Positions 18,236-27,800 of a DNA stretch of 50,943 nucleotides are shown in pieces (the stretch's first letter is position 1; each line of letters begins with the position of its first letter). This DNA is from a virus (taxonomy: Duplodnaviria > Caudoviricetes), in the IMG/VR virus record IMGVR_UViG_3300029309_000066, positions 1-50,943 of that record; one strand, given 5' to 3'. Below the pieces are notes generated by a model. That model worked only from the letters and a program-made list of their open reading frames with translations, was not told where the DNA came from and did not search any database. Both the position numbers and the translations under genes were made by a program.

Positions 18236-18881
18236 ATTTCTTCCTTAATGATTGTATTTCATTATTTAAATTATTTATTTCATCTTCAGCAATACGATAT
18301 ACTGTTTTAACATTAGCATGATTAACCCAACCTGTAACAATGTATTTTTCGTATTCAGATACAACGCCTCTATGTGTATGTGTAAAATCTGTTGGCCATA
18401 TTAATGATAAACCTTTTTTGGCTTGTATCTTAACATTTGGATAAAATTTAAATTCTGTACCACCTCCATCTGGTATATCATTTAAATATGTCATAAATAC
18501 CAAAGACCTTTGATGTGTTTGTTGTGTATCTCTTTCGCAATGCCATTTTTTAAAACCACCACCAGATGGATAATGTTGAATATTAAATGGCTCGTTAATT
18601 TCAATTATATGGTAAGCTTCTGGATATTTTTTAAAATATTTTTCTAAGGCACCTGTTATACAACTCAAATACTGATTTATTATTTCATTATTTGTATTTG
18701 GTAATATTGTTAAATCTATACCTTGTTTTACATCTGGAGACCAACCAGAATCAGATGCATCAATTTTATTATATTTAGTATTTTTATAATAATTAATCAA
18801 ATCGTTACAAAGATTATGCGATATTTGAAAAGGCATAATAAAGTTTTCAACATTATTTTTTACAATCTCTAAATCAGCCAT
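18228..18881 (-). CDS. 2OG-Fe(II) oxygenase (prolyl-4-hydroxylase-like)
   Basis: WHCE, LVFMTYLND..DGGGTEF, LIWP..FTH.HRG, KYI.TGW. Confidence 0.9.
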   Translation of the reverse strand: MADLEIVKNNVENFIMPFQISHNLCNDLINYYKNTKYNKIDASDSGWSPDVKQGIDLTILPNTNNEIINQYLSCITGALEKYFKKYPEAYHIIEINEPFNIQHYPSGGGFKKWHCERDTQQTHQRSLVFMTYLNDIPDGGGTEFKFYPNVKIQAKKGLSLIWPTDFTHTHRGVVSEYEKYIVTGWVNHANVKTVYRIAEDEINNLNNEIQSLRKKYG

Positions 18882-20379
18882 ATAATGTTAATCGCTTTCT
18901 TTCTGTTAACTCATCTTCCTCATAGTCTGTAGTATGAGTGATAAACCAACCTTTTCTCAACCTTAACCATGCTTGAGTACATGTGTCAACTATATCATCA
19001 TTATCACCAGTTGGAAAGGCAGAACATATATCTATAAGGTTTTTAGCCCACTTTTTACCTGCAGGATAGAATATGCGACCATCTTCTAATAATGCAGAAC
19101 AGGCATGTGCTCTAGCTTCTTTATCTCTATCTGGCATATATTCTAAAACTGGTACACCTGCCATTCTTAAATCTTGTAATAGACTTTGTCCACTTGCCTT
19201 TTTCTCTATTAAGACAACATCTGGCTCGTAATCTTCATATGCTTCTTGTGCTATTCGCCTGAGGTCAGGGTATGAAACCCTATCGTACCACATATCAATA
19301 ACGATAGCGTTATAATATCCATTTTGCTTAAATACTCCCCATGTTGTTCTTGCTGAATATGATGACTTCTCCTTTGTTGAAAAAGCTGTATCATATGATT
19401 GTATCAAATATTCAATGTTTGGCAAATCTTCTTCTAACCAAGGTTCCCACCAATCTGCCTTCAAAATACCACCACCTCTAGGCATTGGTCTTTGTTGTAA
19501 TTGACCAGAGGCACCATACGTACCTAAACTTCTTTCTAAATTATCTAATGTTCTACTATCTATTCTTTGTGGCCATAATAATTGACCTTCTTTTGTTCTT
19601 GGGTCTTTAAATCTTAATGTACTTTTTACTGGTGTAGGGTGGTTTGCCTCATATTTGGCAGGTAAACATAGATGGTCCCAATCTTCAAATTCATTTGCCA
19701 GTATATGACCTGTTAAATCATTCTCATGTACTCTTTGCATAATTACAATAAATGCACCATTCTTTGGGTCGTTTAATCTTGTTTGCATTGCTTGGTCCCA
19801 CCATTCAAGTACTGATGTTCTAACTGCACCAGATTCTGCTTCTCTTACATTATGTGGGTCATCTATTATAATTATATCACCACCCTCACCAGTTAAAGCG
19901 CCATCAACTGATGTGGCGATTCGCATACCTGTTTTATCATTTTCAAATCGTTGTTTTTGGTTCTGGTCTGTTGTTAATTGAAACTGATTACCAAATGTAT
20001 CTTTATACCAAGAACTATCTATTAATCGTCTACATTTAACACTGTCTCTAATTGATAACATCAAGGCATATGATGCAAATAAGAATTTTTTTGTTGGGTC
20101 TATTGTCCATGTCCATGCAGGTAATGCAACGGATACAGATATAGACTTCATGTGTCTAGGTGGAATATTAATAATTAGTCTTTTAATATCTCCGTTTACG
20201 ACTGCCTGTAAGTGTTCTGCGATTGCATCAATATGCCAATTATCATTATAAATTCTATTTGGCTCTATTGTCGGCCATGCTTCTTTTATGAACAATTTTA
20301 GGGAGCGTCTCATCTTCTCCGCCCTCACTTGGTTCAACGACAGCGTATTTAAGTGCTCTTTCAATAGTGTTGAGTTCAT
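18874..20379 (-). CDS. terL: Terminase large subunit (exact start uncertain)
   Basis: INIPPRHMKS Walker A, IIIDDPH Walker B, QSYDTAF and NDDIVD RNase H-like nuclease motifs. Confidence 0.93.
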   Translation of the reverse strand: MNSTLLKEHLNTLSLNQVRAEKMRRSLKLFIKEAWPTIEPNRIYNDNWHIDAIAEHLQAVVNGDIKRLIINIPPRHMKSISVSVALPAWTWTIDPTKKFLFASYALMLSIRDSVKCRRLIDSSWYKDTFGNQFQLTTDQNQKQRFENDKTGMRIATSVDGALTGEGGDIIIIDDPHNVREAESGAVRTSVLEWWDQAMQTRLNDPKNGAFIVIMQRVHENDLTGHILANEFEDWDHLCLPAKYEANHPTPVKSTLRFKDPRTKEGQLLWPQRIDSRTLDNLERSLGTYGASGQLQQRPMPRGGGILKADWWEPWLEEDLPNIEYLIQSYDTAFSTKEKSSYSARTTWGVFKQNGYYNAIVIDMWYDRVSYPDLRRIAQEAYEDYEPDVVLIEKKASGQSLLQDLRMAGVPVLEYMPDRDKEARAHACSALLEDGRIFYPAGKKWAKNLIDICSAFPTGDNDDIVDTCTQAWLRLRKGWFITHTTDYEEDELTERKRLTLYG

Positions 20380-20761
20380 TATCTGATAGCTTACTTAAAT
20401 CAAGTACCTTTCTCTCTTCTATGTTAATATCTTGTGTTATCTCTTGTTTATCTGTTTGCCCTAATATTTGTTTGCCAAGCCAAATCGCCATTGTGGCATT
20501 ATTGCTTTCGTCCATAATTTGTATTTGTTTTCTTCTTAATGATAATTTACCACTGGCTCTGCCTTTATCTATTGCTTTTCTTACTTCTGGTTCGTGTGTA
20601 TACTTGTGTTCTAATGTTCTTAAAGGCACATCAAAAAACAAAGCGATTTCTTCCATGGTACAGTTTAGTGTGCTTAGTCTTTCTAATTCTACTAAGTTTA
20701 ATTCTATTTTTGGCCTACCTTTTGGTTTTTTTGGTGCTTTTATCTTTTTAATTTCATTCAT
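20255..20761 (-). CDS. terS: Terminase small subunit
   Basis: GRPK, HTH, SLRRKQ, M.IWLGKQ.LGQ.D; overlaps terL. Confidence 0.8.
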   Translation of the reverse strand: MNEIKKIKAPKKPKGRPKIELNLVELERLSTLNCTMEEIALFFDVPLRTLEHKYTHEPEVRKAIDKGRASGKLSLRRKQIQIMDESNNATMAIWLGKQILGQTDKQEITQDINIEERKVLDLSKLSDNELNTIERALKYAVVEPSEGGEDETLPKIVHKRSMADNRAK

Positions 20762-20787
20762 CTTTTTTTATATACCACGAAAAATAA

Positions 20788-21693
20788 TTAATCTGCAATC
20801 TTTTTGAGCCTCAAACCATAGTTATTTACACCTTTTTTAGGTTTATAATCATCACGAAATATAAGTTTATTTTCTCTTTTAAATTTATTGTAGTTAACAT
20901 AATGATGATGTCTACCATACCTCCACACAAGCTTTGTTACATCTGGGTGTAATCGCATCTGCATATTAGATTTAGGAATAGTACCTTCTTCAGCATAGAA
21001 CTCATCTGTATTACCACCTTTAAGTGTTTGTGTATTAGCCTTTTCTTGTAAGAACACATTAAATTGTACTGTACACCAACCTTTCTTAAGTATTCTTAAA
21101 GATAAGTCAGTATCTTCGTTGTATCTTGCTCTCCATCTCTCAGCCAAAGGTAAATCGTTTCTAATTAAATTGCATGAATATATCCTTGTATTAACTGTGA
21201 AAGGTCCATATTGATGTGCCCATTTATCTATTACAAAGAATGTGTAATTAGGTCCTGCCATGCCAATATTTTTATATCTCAGTACAAAATCTTCCATCAC
21301 TTTAAATGGTGTGCCATCTATACATTTAATCTCTAGGTTATTTTGCCATCTTCTAAAACATTTGATGTTATCGTCCATAACCCAATGCCATTTATAACCT
21401 CTATCTATAGAATGTTGCCATATAAAGTTTCTAGCAGGTCCCGGTCCCTTAGATTTTCTATCGCCTAAGTCGTCACAAGTATCGTAATCGTCTTGATATG
21501 TCTTATCTAACACGAGTATATTTTTCTTCGCCACCACCTTCGCATACTCTGAGTACTCTTGTTCTTCAACAACAACTGTATATGGAACACCCATTTCTTC
21601 TAATGCTTTAATAGTTAATCTAGTATCTGCTCTGCCTTTAGATGGTATATAGATGGGGAATTGGTGCATATGGTTTGACAAATCAATCTCCAA
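20788..21693 (-). CDS. TET-associated / GREB1-like glycosyltransferase (likely start 21669)
   Basis: YIPSKGR, GPGPARNF.W, W.MDDNI, RIYSC.LI, YNEDTDLSLR, GGNT. Confidence 0.8.
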   Translation of the reverse strand: MEIDLSNHMHQFPIYIPSKGRADTRLTIKALEEMGVPYTVVVEEQEYSEYAKVVAKKNILVLDKTYQDDYDTCDDLGDRKSKGPGPARNFIWQHSIDRGYKWHWVMDDNIKCFRRWQNNLEIKCIDGTPFKVMEDFVLRYKNIGMAGPNYTFFVIDKWAHQYGPFTVNTRIYSCNLIRNDLPLAERWRARYNEDTDLSLRILKKGWCTVQFNVFLQEKANTQTLKGGNTDEFYAEEGTIPKSNMQMRLHPDVTKLVWRYGRHHHYVNYNKFKRENKLIFRDDYKPKKGVNNYGLRLKKIAD

Positions 21694-22222
21694 TATTTGT
21701 TGTGCTTGCTGTATGTAAATCTTTTCTTAAATCGTAAGCAAAATTTTTATATTTTCCATCTGCATTTACATAATGTAAAAAAACATGCGAACTATATTTC
21801 ATGGGGCAAGGGTTTCTATAATGTATTTGTTCTATGCCTTTATACATAACACCTTCACCAATTCTTAATTCATAAGGTTTTTCATCTATAAAAATTTCCC
21901 AAGGTTTCTCTGGTTCAGCGCAATCTAATAAAATTGATACACTGTACTCGCAAGCCTCTCTATCCACATGTTTTACTATGCCAGAACCTTTATAATATTT
22001 TCTAAAATAAGAATATGTTGGAATTAATTTAACACCAGATAAACCTTCTAATTCTGGTTTTAAAAGTAGTAACAAAGTTTCAAATACATCATCTGCATAT
22101 ACTCCCATAGAATATCCCTCAGAATTTTCATTTGCTGTCTTATCTCTTTTTGCAAGTACATTTGTATGTAAACTTAAAAGGCTTAATAATGCATCTGGTA
22201 TATGAAATACAGGGTTATTCAC
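21683..22222 (-). CDS. 2OG-Fe(II) oxygenase-like protein
   Basis: PTYSY.R.Y, H.DR..CEYS, Y.G....H.R, FLHYV (HxD...H triad). Confidence 0.8.
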   Translation of the reverse strand: MNNPVFHIPDALLSLLSLHTNVLAKRDKTANENSEGYSMGVYADDVFETLLLLLKPELEGLSGVKLIPTYSYFRKYYKGSGIVKHVDREACEYSVSILLDCAEPEKPWEIFIDEKPYELRIGEGVMYKGIEQIHYRNPCPMKYSSHVFLHYVNADGKYKNFAYDLRKDLHTASTTNIGD

Positions 22223-22478
22223 TTAATATAGCCTCATTTTTCTTAATAAATTTTAATATATATTCTTTTCTTAATTTCTGTTTTCCCTCTCTAAGAATTT
22301 GATAAATTTTCTTTTTACCTTCAGACTTTGCTCGTAATCCCATATAATGTATTGCTGATATTTTCATTTGGTGAGAACTTGAATTGTTTTTTATCTTTTC
22401 AATGTATTCTTTTGCATTTTTTATGCTTTTTCTAGCATTAGCATTTATTTCATATGTATCGTCCATTTTATGCACCAA
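22215..22478 (-). CDS. Hypothetical basic protein
   Basis: Overlaps both neighbours in the operon. Confidence 0.6.
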   Translation of the reverse strand: MVHKMDDTYEINANARKSIKNAKEYIEKIKNNSSSHQMKISAIHYMGLRAKSEGKKKIYQILREGKQKLRKEYILKFIKKNEAILSE

Positions 22479-23091
22479 ATGCCTTATCTTTTATTACATT
22501 CTTTTCTATCTTTGGATACCAAATATATTTTGTTTTATCTGTATAATCTTGTTTTATTAATTGAAAGAATTTGTCCATAGATTCTTTGTTAACAAAATTT
22601 ATAGTTAGTGATTTATAAGGCGATTGGTCTTCATGGTCAAAGCTTGGCATATCCTGCCAATGTTCTTCAGTATCTAACCAATCCCTTGAATTATGGTCTG
22701 GTTGAAAAACAATTGTTTCCAGTTCTTGTTGGTCGAAGCCTAGATTATCTAAATCAAAACCTAAATCACTCAACATATCCATTTCAAATTTAAGTAACTC
22801 ATAATCCCAAGTACTATCTTCGGACAATCTATTATCTGCTATTCTATATGCCTGTACTTGTTCTTCTTTCATATCATGTGCAACATGAACTGGTACTTTT
22901 TTCATTTTAAGATACTCAGCACCCATTAATCTCGTATGCCCCACAATTACTACATAGTCTTTATCAACGACAATAGGTTGTCTCCAGCCATATTTTTCTA
23001 GTGATTTGGCTATTTTTTCTGCGTTTTGATTTTTTCGAGGATTATTTTCGTAAGGTTTTATCTTTTTAATATCTATCATTTCTACTTTCAT
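22468..23091 (-). CDS. ParB-like N-terminal domain protein
   Basis: PYENNPR, S...YGW.QPIVVD, GHTR, YRIADNR; C-terminal WQDMPSF...KTKYIWYP. Confidence 0.88.
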   Translation of the reverse strand: MKVEMIDIKKIKPYENNPRKNQNAEKIAKSLEKYGWRQPIVVDKDYVVIVGHTRLMGAEYLKMKKVPVHVAHDMKEEQVQAYRIADNRLSEDSTWDYELLKFEMDMLSDLGFDLDNLGFDQQELETIVFQPDHNSRDWLDTEEHWQDMPSFDHEDQSPYKSLTINFVNKESMDKFFQLIKQDYTDKTKYIWYPKIEKNVIKDKAFGA

Positions 23092-23100
23092 ATTCTGCTC

Positions 23101-23328
23101 CTAAATTAATTTAAGTTGGCTATCATCATCTAACACATAACCTTTATCCTCTAACTCTTTGATTTGCATAAACTTTTCATATGTTACAACTTCTGATTGC
23201 ATTTTTTGATATAATTTATAATCAACCTTTTTTATACCTAACATTAATTCTTCGTATTTTTTATCAACAATTGCTTGTTCTTCTTTGGTCAAACCATTAT
23301 CAAATATGTCCGATATTGTTTTATTCAT
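23101..23328 (-). CDS. Hypothetical protein (start MNKTISD)
   Basis: C-terminal part of the ORF-track 23101..23412; start overlaps the upstream small ORF. Confidence 0.6.
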   Translation of the reverse strand: MNKTISDIFDNGLTKEEQAIVDKKYEELMLGIKKVDYKLYQKMQSEVVTYEKFMQIKELEDKGYVLDDDSQLKLI

Positions 23329-23473
23329 ATTTAGATAACCTTTTACAATTACATTTTGATTTAAATACATATCTCCAAAATGGGAACCAAACATATTCAT
23401 TACATTTTCCACATTGAAGTGATTTATTATATGGAGGTTTGATATTTACAGTATATTTGATTGCCTTACTCAT
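23321..23473 (-). CDS. Small putative zinc-binding protein (50 aa, not in ORF track)
   Basis: MSKAIKYTVNIKPPYNKSLQCGKCNEYVWFPFWRYVFKSKCNCKRLSKYE; overlaps the helicase stop. Confidence 0.55.
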   Translation of the reverse strand: MSKAIKYTVNIKPPYNKSLQCGKCNEYVWFPFWRYVFKSKCNCKRLSKYE

Positions 23474-25193
23474 AACATCTAGTCCTGTAATTAAATGCAA
23501 ATTCTCTTTGCCCTATCTCACCATATACACCTTGTTCTCTAATTTTTCTTGTTATTATCTTTGTAGAATTGTTTTCAAAATCTCTATGGATTACCAATCC
23601 AACATCACACATATTAGCCCAATGTGCAGAACCACTGACTTGATATAGGTCTGGTGGTGGTATTATACCTGCATCGTTTCTATGTAATTTATGTGGGTGT
23701 GCAACCATAAATATAATTACATCATGGTTTCTTGCAAATTGTTGGCATTTAGCAATGATATCACGAATATGCTCATCTTCTCGTTTATTTCCCTCTCTGT
23801 CGGCAGAAATTTGATTAAAAGGGTCTATGACCAAACCTTTAATTCCATACCTTTGTTTAGAGGCTTTTGCCTTTTTAAGTATATAATCTATCGTAGGCAA
23901 ATCTTCATTCACTTCTAAAAACTTAAAATGTACATCTAAATAATCTAAACCTGCATTTAATTCTTCCTGTGTAATTCTTTCATAAACACCAATATCAAAT
24001 GGCTTTCTACATCTTTTTTCAAGCAATCTTCTTAAATGGTTTTTTGTAGAATGTTCTGGTGAATAAATTAAAAACTTCCAATTCTGTGATTCTGCCAAAT
24101 TCATTAATATTTGGTCAAGAAAATTACTTTTTCCATGATTAGGTATGCCTGTTATTAAATTAAATGTAGATGGCATAATTTTATATATTTCATCTAATTT
24201 ATCAAAACCAGTAGAAATAGCTCTTTGTACATTTCCATCATAGATATTTTGTATTTCGTCTTTATATTCTGATGCAGAATGCAAATCTTCTATTGGAAAT
24301 TCTTTTGCACCATAAATACATTCAAGTAATTTTTCTTTACCAAATGTTACAAGACATTCATTCGCATCTTTAATTTGCTTAAGTTCTTCAGATGAACTAT
24401 CGTTATACAAAGGAAAATGAACAACTTTACATATATCCCTGCCAAAACGATGCAACAACTCAAGTTTAAGGGAATTTCCTGCATCATCATTATCGGTCGC
24501 TATGATTACTTCTTCAGCATCAAATATCCATTCGCTTTGTTCAAACGCAGAAAATCTTTTATCTTGCAAATCAAACTTTGGTGTTTTAGGTGCACCATCT
24601 GGTAAACTGACAGCATTGGTAAAACCACATTCAACCATTGTTAAAACGTCCATCTCGCCTTCTACGAAGATTATTTGTTTCTTTATAGGTGTATCTTCAT
24701 TTTCAAGCCAATGTTTATATAAACCATCTATATTGTATAATGTCTTTAATGCATCTTTTGATTGATGAAATCTTTTATCTTTTGTTCTAAATTTTATATT
24801 TACAGTTTTTCCATCATGTAAGTAGGGAAAGCACAATTTCTCGTTTGATGTATATAATCCCATTTCTATTGCGATTTGTGTAGATATACCTCGTTTTTTA
24901 AGCCAATCTCTTGCTTCTTCAGATAATTTTTTATTGTCTGGCACAAAGGGTACAACATTTTCTTTCTTTGGCTCTTTCTTTACTACATAATCTTTTTTTT
25001 CCCTATCGTATACAGAGCCTTTCCAATCACAATGATGGCAATGCCAAACTGCAATATCATGTTCTACATTTATTGATAAACAAGGTTCTGTTGTATTTCT
25101 TCTTGTATGTGAACATTTGGGACAAACTGTTTTCGTCTGTCCATATCTTTCTATTCTAATACCTTCATTAAGTAATTGTTCTTTTATTTGCAT
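23466..25193 (-). CDS. DNA primase-helicase (T7 gp4/Twinkle-like)
   Basis: CPKC...CHHC zinc domain, TOPRIM EGEMD/DND.AG, Walker A GIPNHGKS, IDPFN, VAHP. Confidence 0.93.
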   Translation of the reverse strand: MQIKEQLLNEGIRIERYGQTKTVCPKCSHTRRNTTEPCLSINVEHDIAVWHCHHCDWKGSVYDREKKDYVVKKEPKKENVVPFVPDNKKLSEEARDWLKKRGISTQIAIEMGLYTSNEKLCFPYLHDGKTVNIKFRTKDKRFHQSKDALKTLYNIDGLYKHWLENEDTPIKKQIIFVEGEMDVLTMVECGFTNAVSLPDGAPKTPKFDLQDKRFSAFEQSEWIFDAEEVIIATDNDDAGNSLKLELLHRFGRDICKVVHFPLYNDSSSEELKQIKDANECLVTFGKEKLLECIYGAKEFPIEDLHSASEYKDEIQNIYDGNVQRAISTGFDKLDEIYKIMPSTFNLITGIPNHGKSNFLDQILMNLAESQNWKFLIYSPEHSTKNHLRRLLEKRCRKPFDIGVYERITQEELNAGLDYLDVHFKFLEVNEDLPTIDYILKKAKASKQRYGIKGLVIDPFNQISADREGNKREDEHIRDIIAKCQQFARNHDVIIFMVAHPHKLHRNDAGIIPPPDLYQVSGSAHWANMCDVGLVIHRDFENNSTKIITRKIREQGVYGEIGQREFAFNYRTRCYE

Positions 25194-25196
25194 CTT

Positions 25197-25817
25197 TTAC
25201 CCCACTAATTGATTTAAATTAACTGTGTTATCTTTCTCCTCTATTATCTCCCACCTTTTCCCATTTAACCATGTGGTTGGGTGAGGTATAAACCTTTGTT
25301 CTGTGCCATGAACACTTTGTTTATATTTAATAGTTTTAGAATATAACTCGTCTTTATCAATTTCTTTATCAATTATTTTTTTATAGATAGTAAATGCTTT
25401 ATTTTTTGAACCTGCTTTTCTTGGATAAACATTCCACCAATCATCAAAATCTTTAGTATATATATTTGGTTCTTTATTATTGGTTATATGGGGTTTCATG
25501 GTGATACTGGGGTGGGTATCACTCTGGACCCCATGGGTATCAACCTGTAAATAATACATATTACTTGTTTGTCTTGTTATTTCTCCAGATAAATTTTCAA
25601 ATCGTTCTTCTTTTAAAATTAATTTGGCATCAATTAAATCTTTTATACATCTCTTTACAGTAGACTCAGATAATTCTGTCATTTTAATTATTGTTTTTAT
25701 ACTTGGGAAACATTTATTTTCATCATCACAAAAATTTGCCAATGTAACTAAAACAAACTTTCTAGGTGAACTGCCAACCTTTTGTTTACTAGCCCATTCA
25801 AGTGCTGACCAACTCAC
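25197..25817 (-). CDS. Replication initiator (N-terminal HTH; lambda O-like organisation)
   Basis: L..LAN, CFPS, LSESTV.R, SN.Y.L; C-terminal F..WW.VYPRK..K, HP.TWLN..RW. Confidence 0.8.
   Translation of the reverse strand: MSWSALEWASKQKVGSSPRKFVLVTLANFCDDENKCFPSIKTIIKMTELSESTVKRCIKDLIDAKLILKEERFENLSGEITRQTSNMYYLQVDTHGVQSDTHPSITMKPHITNNKEPNIYTKDFDDWWNVYPRKAGSKNKAFTIYKKIIDKEIDKDELYSKTIKYKQSVHGTEQRFIPHPTTWLNGKRWEIIEEKDNTVNLNQLVG
25490..25543. repeat. Iteron-like repeats, candidate replication origin
   Basis: TGGGTATCA twice, 21 bp apart, plus inverted GTGATAC/GTATCAC, in the initiator linker next to an AT-rich tract. Confidence 0.55.
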
Positions 25818-26137
25818 AATACCTCCGTTATATAAATTGGTGGATTATAGGTTTCTAAAATCTTTTTACGAAGCCTATAATCTCTTGTTATGGTTGCTTT
25901 TGACTTTACATCTTCAATTACAACCTCTCCCTTATTATTATTATATCTAAAATCGGCAGTATATCTACCAATCTTTTTGCCATTTACCATTAATGGAAAT
26001 ACTGGGTGTATCTCTAAATTTGAAATATAATTTTTATTTTGCATCTGTTCCAATATTAAGTATCTCGCCAATTCTTTTTTTGAATCAAATTTTATTCCTT
26101 TGTAAATTTGCTTCTTTGCGTTGTATTTGTTCTTCAT
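25814..26137 (-). CDS. DUF1064-like putative endonuclease
   Basis: KYNAKK..GIKFDSKKE, Y.ADF.Y, EDVK. Confidence 0.85.
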   Translation of the reverse strand: MKNKYNAKKQIYKGIKFDSKKELARYLILEQMQNKNYISNLEIHPVFPLMVNGKKIGRYTADFRYNNNKGEVVIEDVKSKATITRDYRLRKKILETYNPPIYITEVL

Positions 26138-26315
26138 ATAAATCTTGTCCATTTACTTGATAATTAGTAAATTCAAATAACTTTTTTGCTTCAGCCCATC
26201 TAGGCAGTCTATCGCCTTTCGCCCACGACTCAACATTTCTATAGTGAGTACCAAGTGCATATGCAAAACTCTTATAACTATAACCATTTTGTTTTATATA
26301 AACTTTCAATCGCAT
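26085..26315 (-). CDS. Cro-like HTH transcriptional regulator
   Basis: MRLK.YI, FA..LG, V..W..G.R.P, T...V...D pattern; divergent from the recombination operon. Confidence 0.75.
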   Translation of the reverse strand: MRLKVYIKQNGYSYKSFAYALGTHYRNVESWAKGDRLPRWAEAKKLFEFTNYQVNGQDLYEEQIQRKEANLQRNKI

Positions 26316-26360
26316 AATTATTATTAAATTATTTTTTTTTAATTGTAAACACATTTAAGG

Positions 26361-26388
26361 TTGACATACACAAAAAAGGTATTAGTTT
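26361..26388 (+). promoter_or_regulatory. Sigma70-like promoter of the recombination operon
   Basis: TTGACA-16-TAGTTT. Confidence 0.65.
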
Positions 26389-26407
26389 GTATATTAACAT
26401 AAAGTCC

Positions 26408-26456
26408 GTGGCAACTTAAAGAATTTCGCCTTATTGATTGTTTTTTGAGTTGCCAC
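26408..26456 (+). promoter_or_regulatory. Long leader hairpin
   Basis: GTGGCAACTTAAAGAA pairs with TTTTTTGAGTTGCCAC (16 bp including two G-U). Confidence 0.6.
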
Positions 26457-26460
26457 ATAA

Positions 26461-27240
26461 ATGAAGAAAGAAGAACGAAGAATGAAAAGTAACAATCCAT
26501 TTAATAATCATAATTTATTTTGGTTATCACATAGTTCAATTTCCACTTGGATTCAAAGTCCATCTAAATTTATTGCAGAAAAACTATTTAATATAAAAGG
26601 TGAAAGTTCTGCATCTATGCATAGAGGTACTGCAGTAGAACATGGTCTTGCAAAAAAATACACAGATGGAATTTTAGATATATTTGAAATAGAAAATAAA
26701 TTTACAGAATTGTGTAACTTTGATGGGATTGATTGGGAAAATGAAAAAAGACAAAAAGAACATAAAGAATTAAAAAGTTATGCACAAATATTAGAAAGAA
26801 ATTTTAAATACGAAACATTATTAGGTTATCAAGAAAAGATTGAAGTTCAATTTGATGAACTGCCAATACCTATAATTGGATATATAGATTTTATATTTGA
26901 TGGTATAATTGTTGATTTAAAAACATCTGCAAGATTGCCTTCTAAGGCATCAGAATCAAATAAAAGACAATTAGCAATATATAAAATGGCTTACCCAACA
27001 CATGAGACAGAGGTGTTTTATGCAACACCACAGAAATGTAATGCCTTTAAATTAGAAAATTTAGAAATTTACCAAAAGCAAATAAAAGAAGTTGCCTTAG
27101 GTATGATGAAATTTTTGAGTATCAGTAATGATAAACAAGAATTAGCTTCTATGGTTCTGCCAGATGCAGACGATTGGAAGTGGTCAGAAAATACGATAAA
27201 TGAAGTAAAACAAAAAGTTCAAGCATGGAGGTACTTATGA
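26461..27240 (+). CDS. PD-(D/E)xK exonuclease (start possibly 26482)
   Basis: LS.SS, RGTAVE, GYIDF, VDLKT, Q..IY. Confidence 0.85.
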   Translation: MKKEERRMKSNNPFNNHNLFWLSHSSISTWIQSPSKFIAEKLFNIKGESSASMHRGTAVEHGLAKKYTDGILDIFEIENKFTELCNFDGIDWENEKRQKEHKELKSYAQILERNFKYETLLGYQEKIEVQFDELPIPIIGYIDFIFDGIIVDLKTSARLPSKASESNKRQLAIYKMAYPTHETEVFYATPQKCNAFKLENLEIYQKQIKEVALGMMKFLSISNDKQELASMVLPDADDWKWSENTINEVKQKVQAWRYL

Positions 27241-27800
27241 AGAACGAAGAAAAAAAACTGGCAAAAGACCAGACGATTATTGAAGAAATTGTAGATGCAT
27301 CTGTATCTATAAAACAAGATAATCAATTCCCTAAAACACTTGTTGAAGCATTAAATAAGTTTCAAAAGTTAAATGTACAAGCATTGAAAGATAAGAATAA
27401 TCCTTATTTTAAATCAACATATGCAGATTTAACTTCTATTATAAATGCTGTAAATCAAGCATCACAATTTGGTTTGGCATTTTCGCAAATAGTAGATTAT
27501 TCAAGACATATAATTGATAAACAAAGAAAAGATATTGCAAAAGATGGCACCAATTCAATAACAAATGTTCAAGCAATAGAAAGAGATATTTATGTTGAAA
27601 CAATTATTTGGCACATTGATGATAAAGACAATACATTAAGTTGTAGAGTACCAGTATTGGTAAAAGATAATGATAATGACCCACAAAAAATGGGTTCAGC
27701 CATAACATATGCAAAAAGATATGGTCTACAAGCCTTATATGGTTTGGGACAAGATGATGATGGAAACCAAGCAAGTGGAAAGGGAGATAAAAATGGATAA
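27237..27800 (+). CDS. erf: ERF-family single-strand annealing protein
   Basis: NPYFKSTYADL, Q.MGSAITYAKRY.L, DDDGN. Confidence 0.92.
   Translation: MKNEEKKLAKDQTIIEEIVDASVSIKQDNQFPKTLVEALNKFQKLNVQALKDKNNPYFKSTYADLTSIINAVNQASQFGLAFSQIVDYSRHIIDKQRKDIAKDGTNSITNVQAIERDIYVETIIWHIDDKDNTLSCRVPVLVKDNDNDPQKMGSAITYAKRYGLQALYGLGQDDDGNQASGKGDKNG

Noticed and set aside
21683-22222. Calling this oxygenase a bona fide TET/JBP
   Set aside because: Only the generic HxD...H triad is visible; family assignment needs a profile or structure search
22468-23091. ParB as evidence of a plasmid-prophage partition system
   Set aside because: No ParA or parS array; its context beside the terminase and glycosyltransferase fits packaging-associated ParB-like proteins
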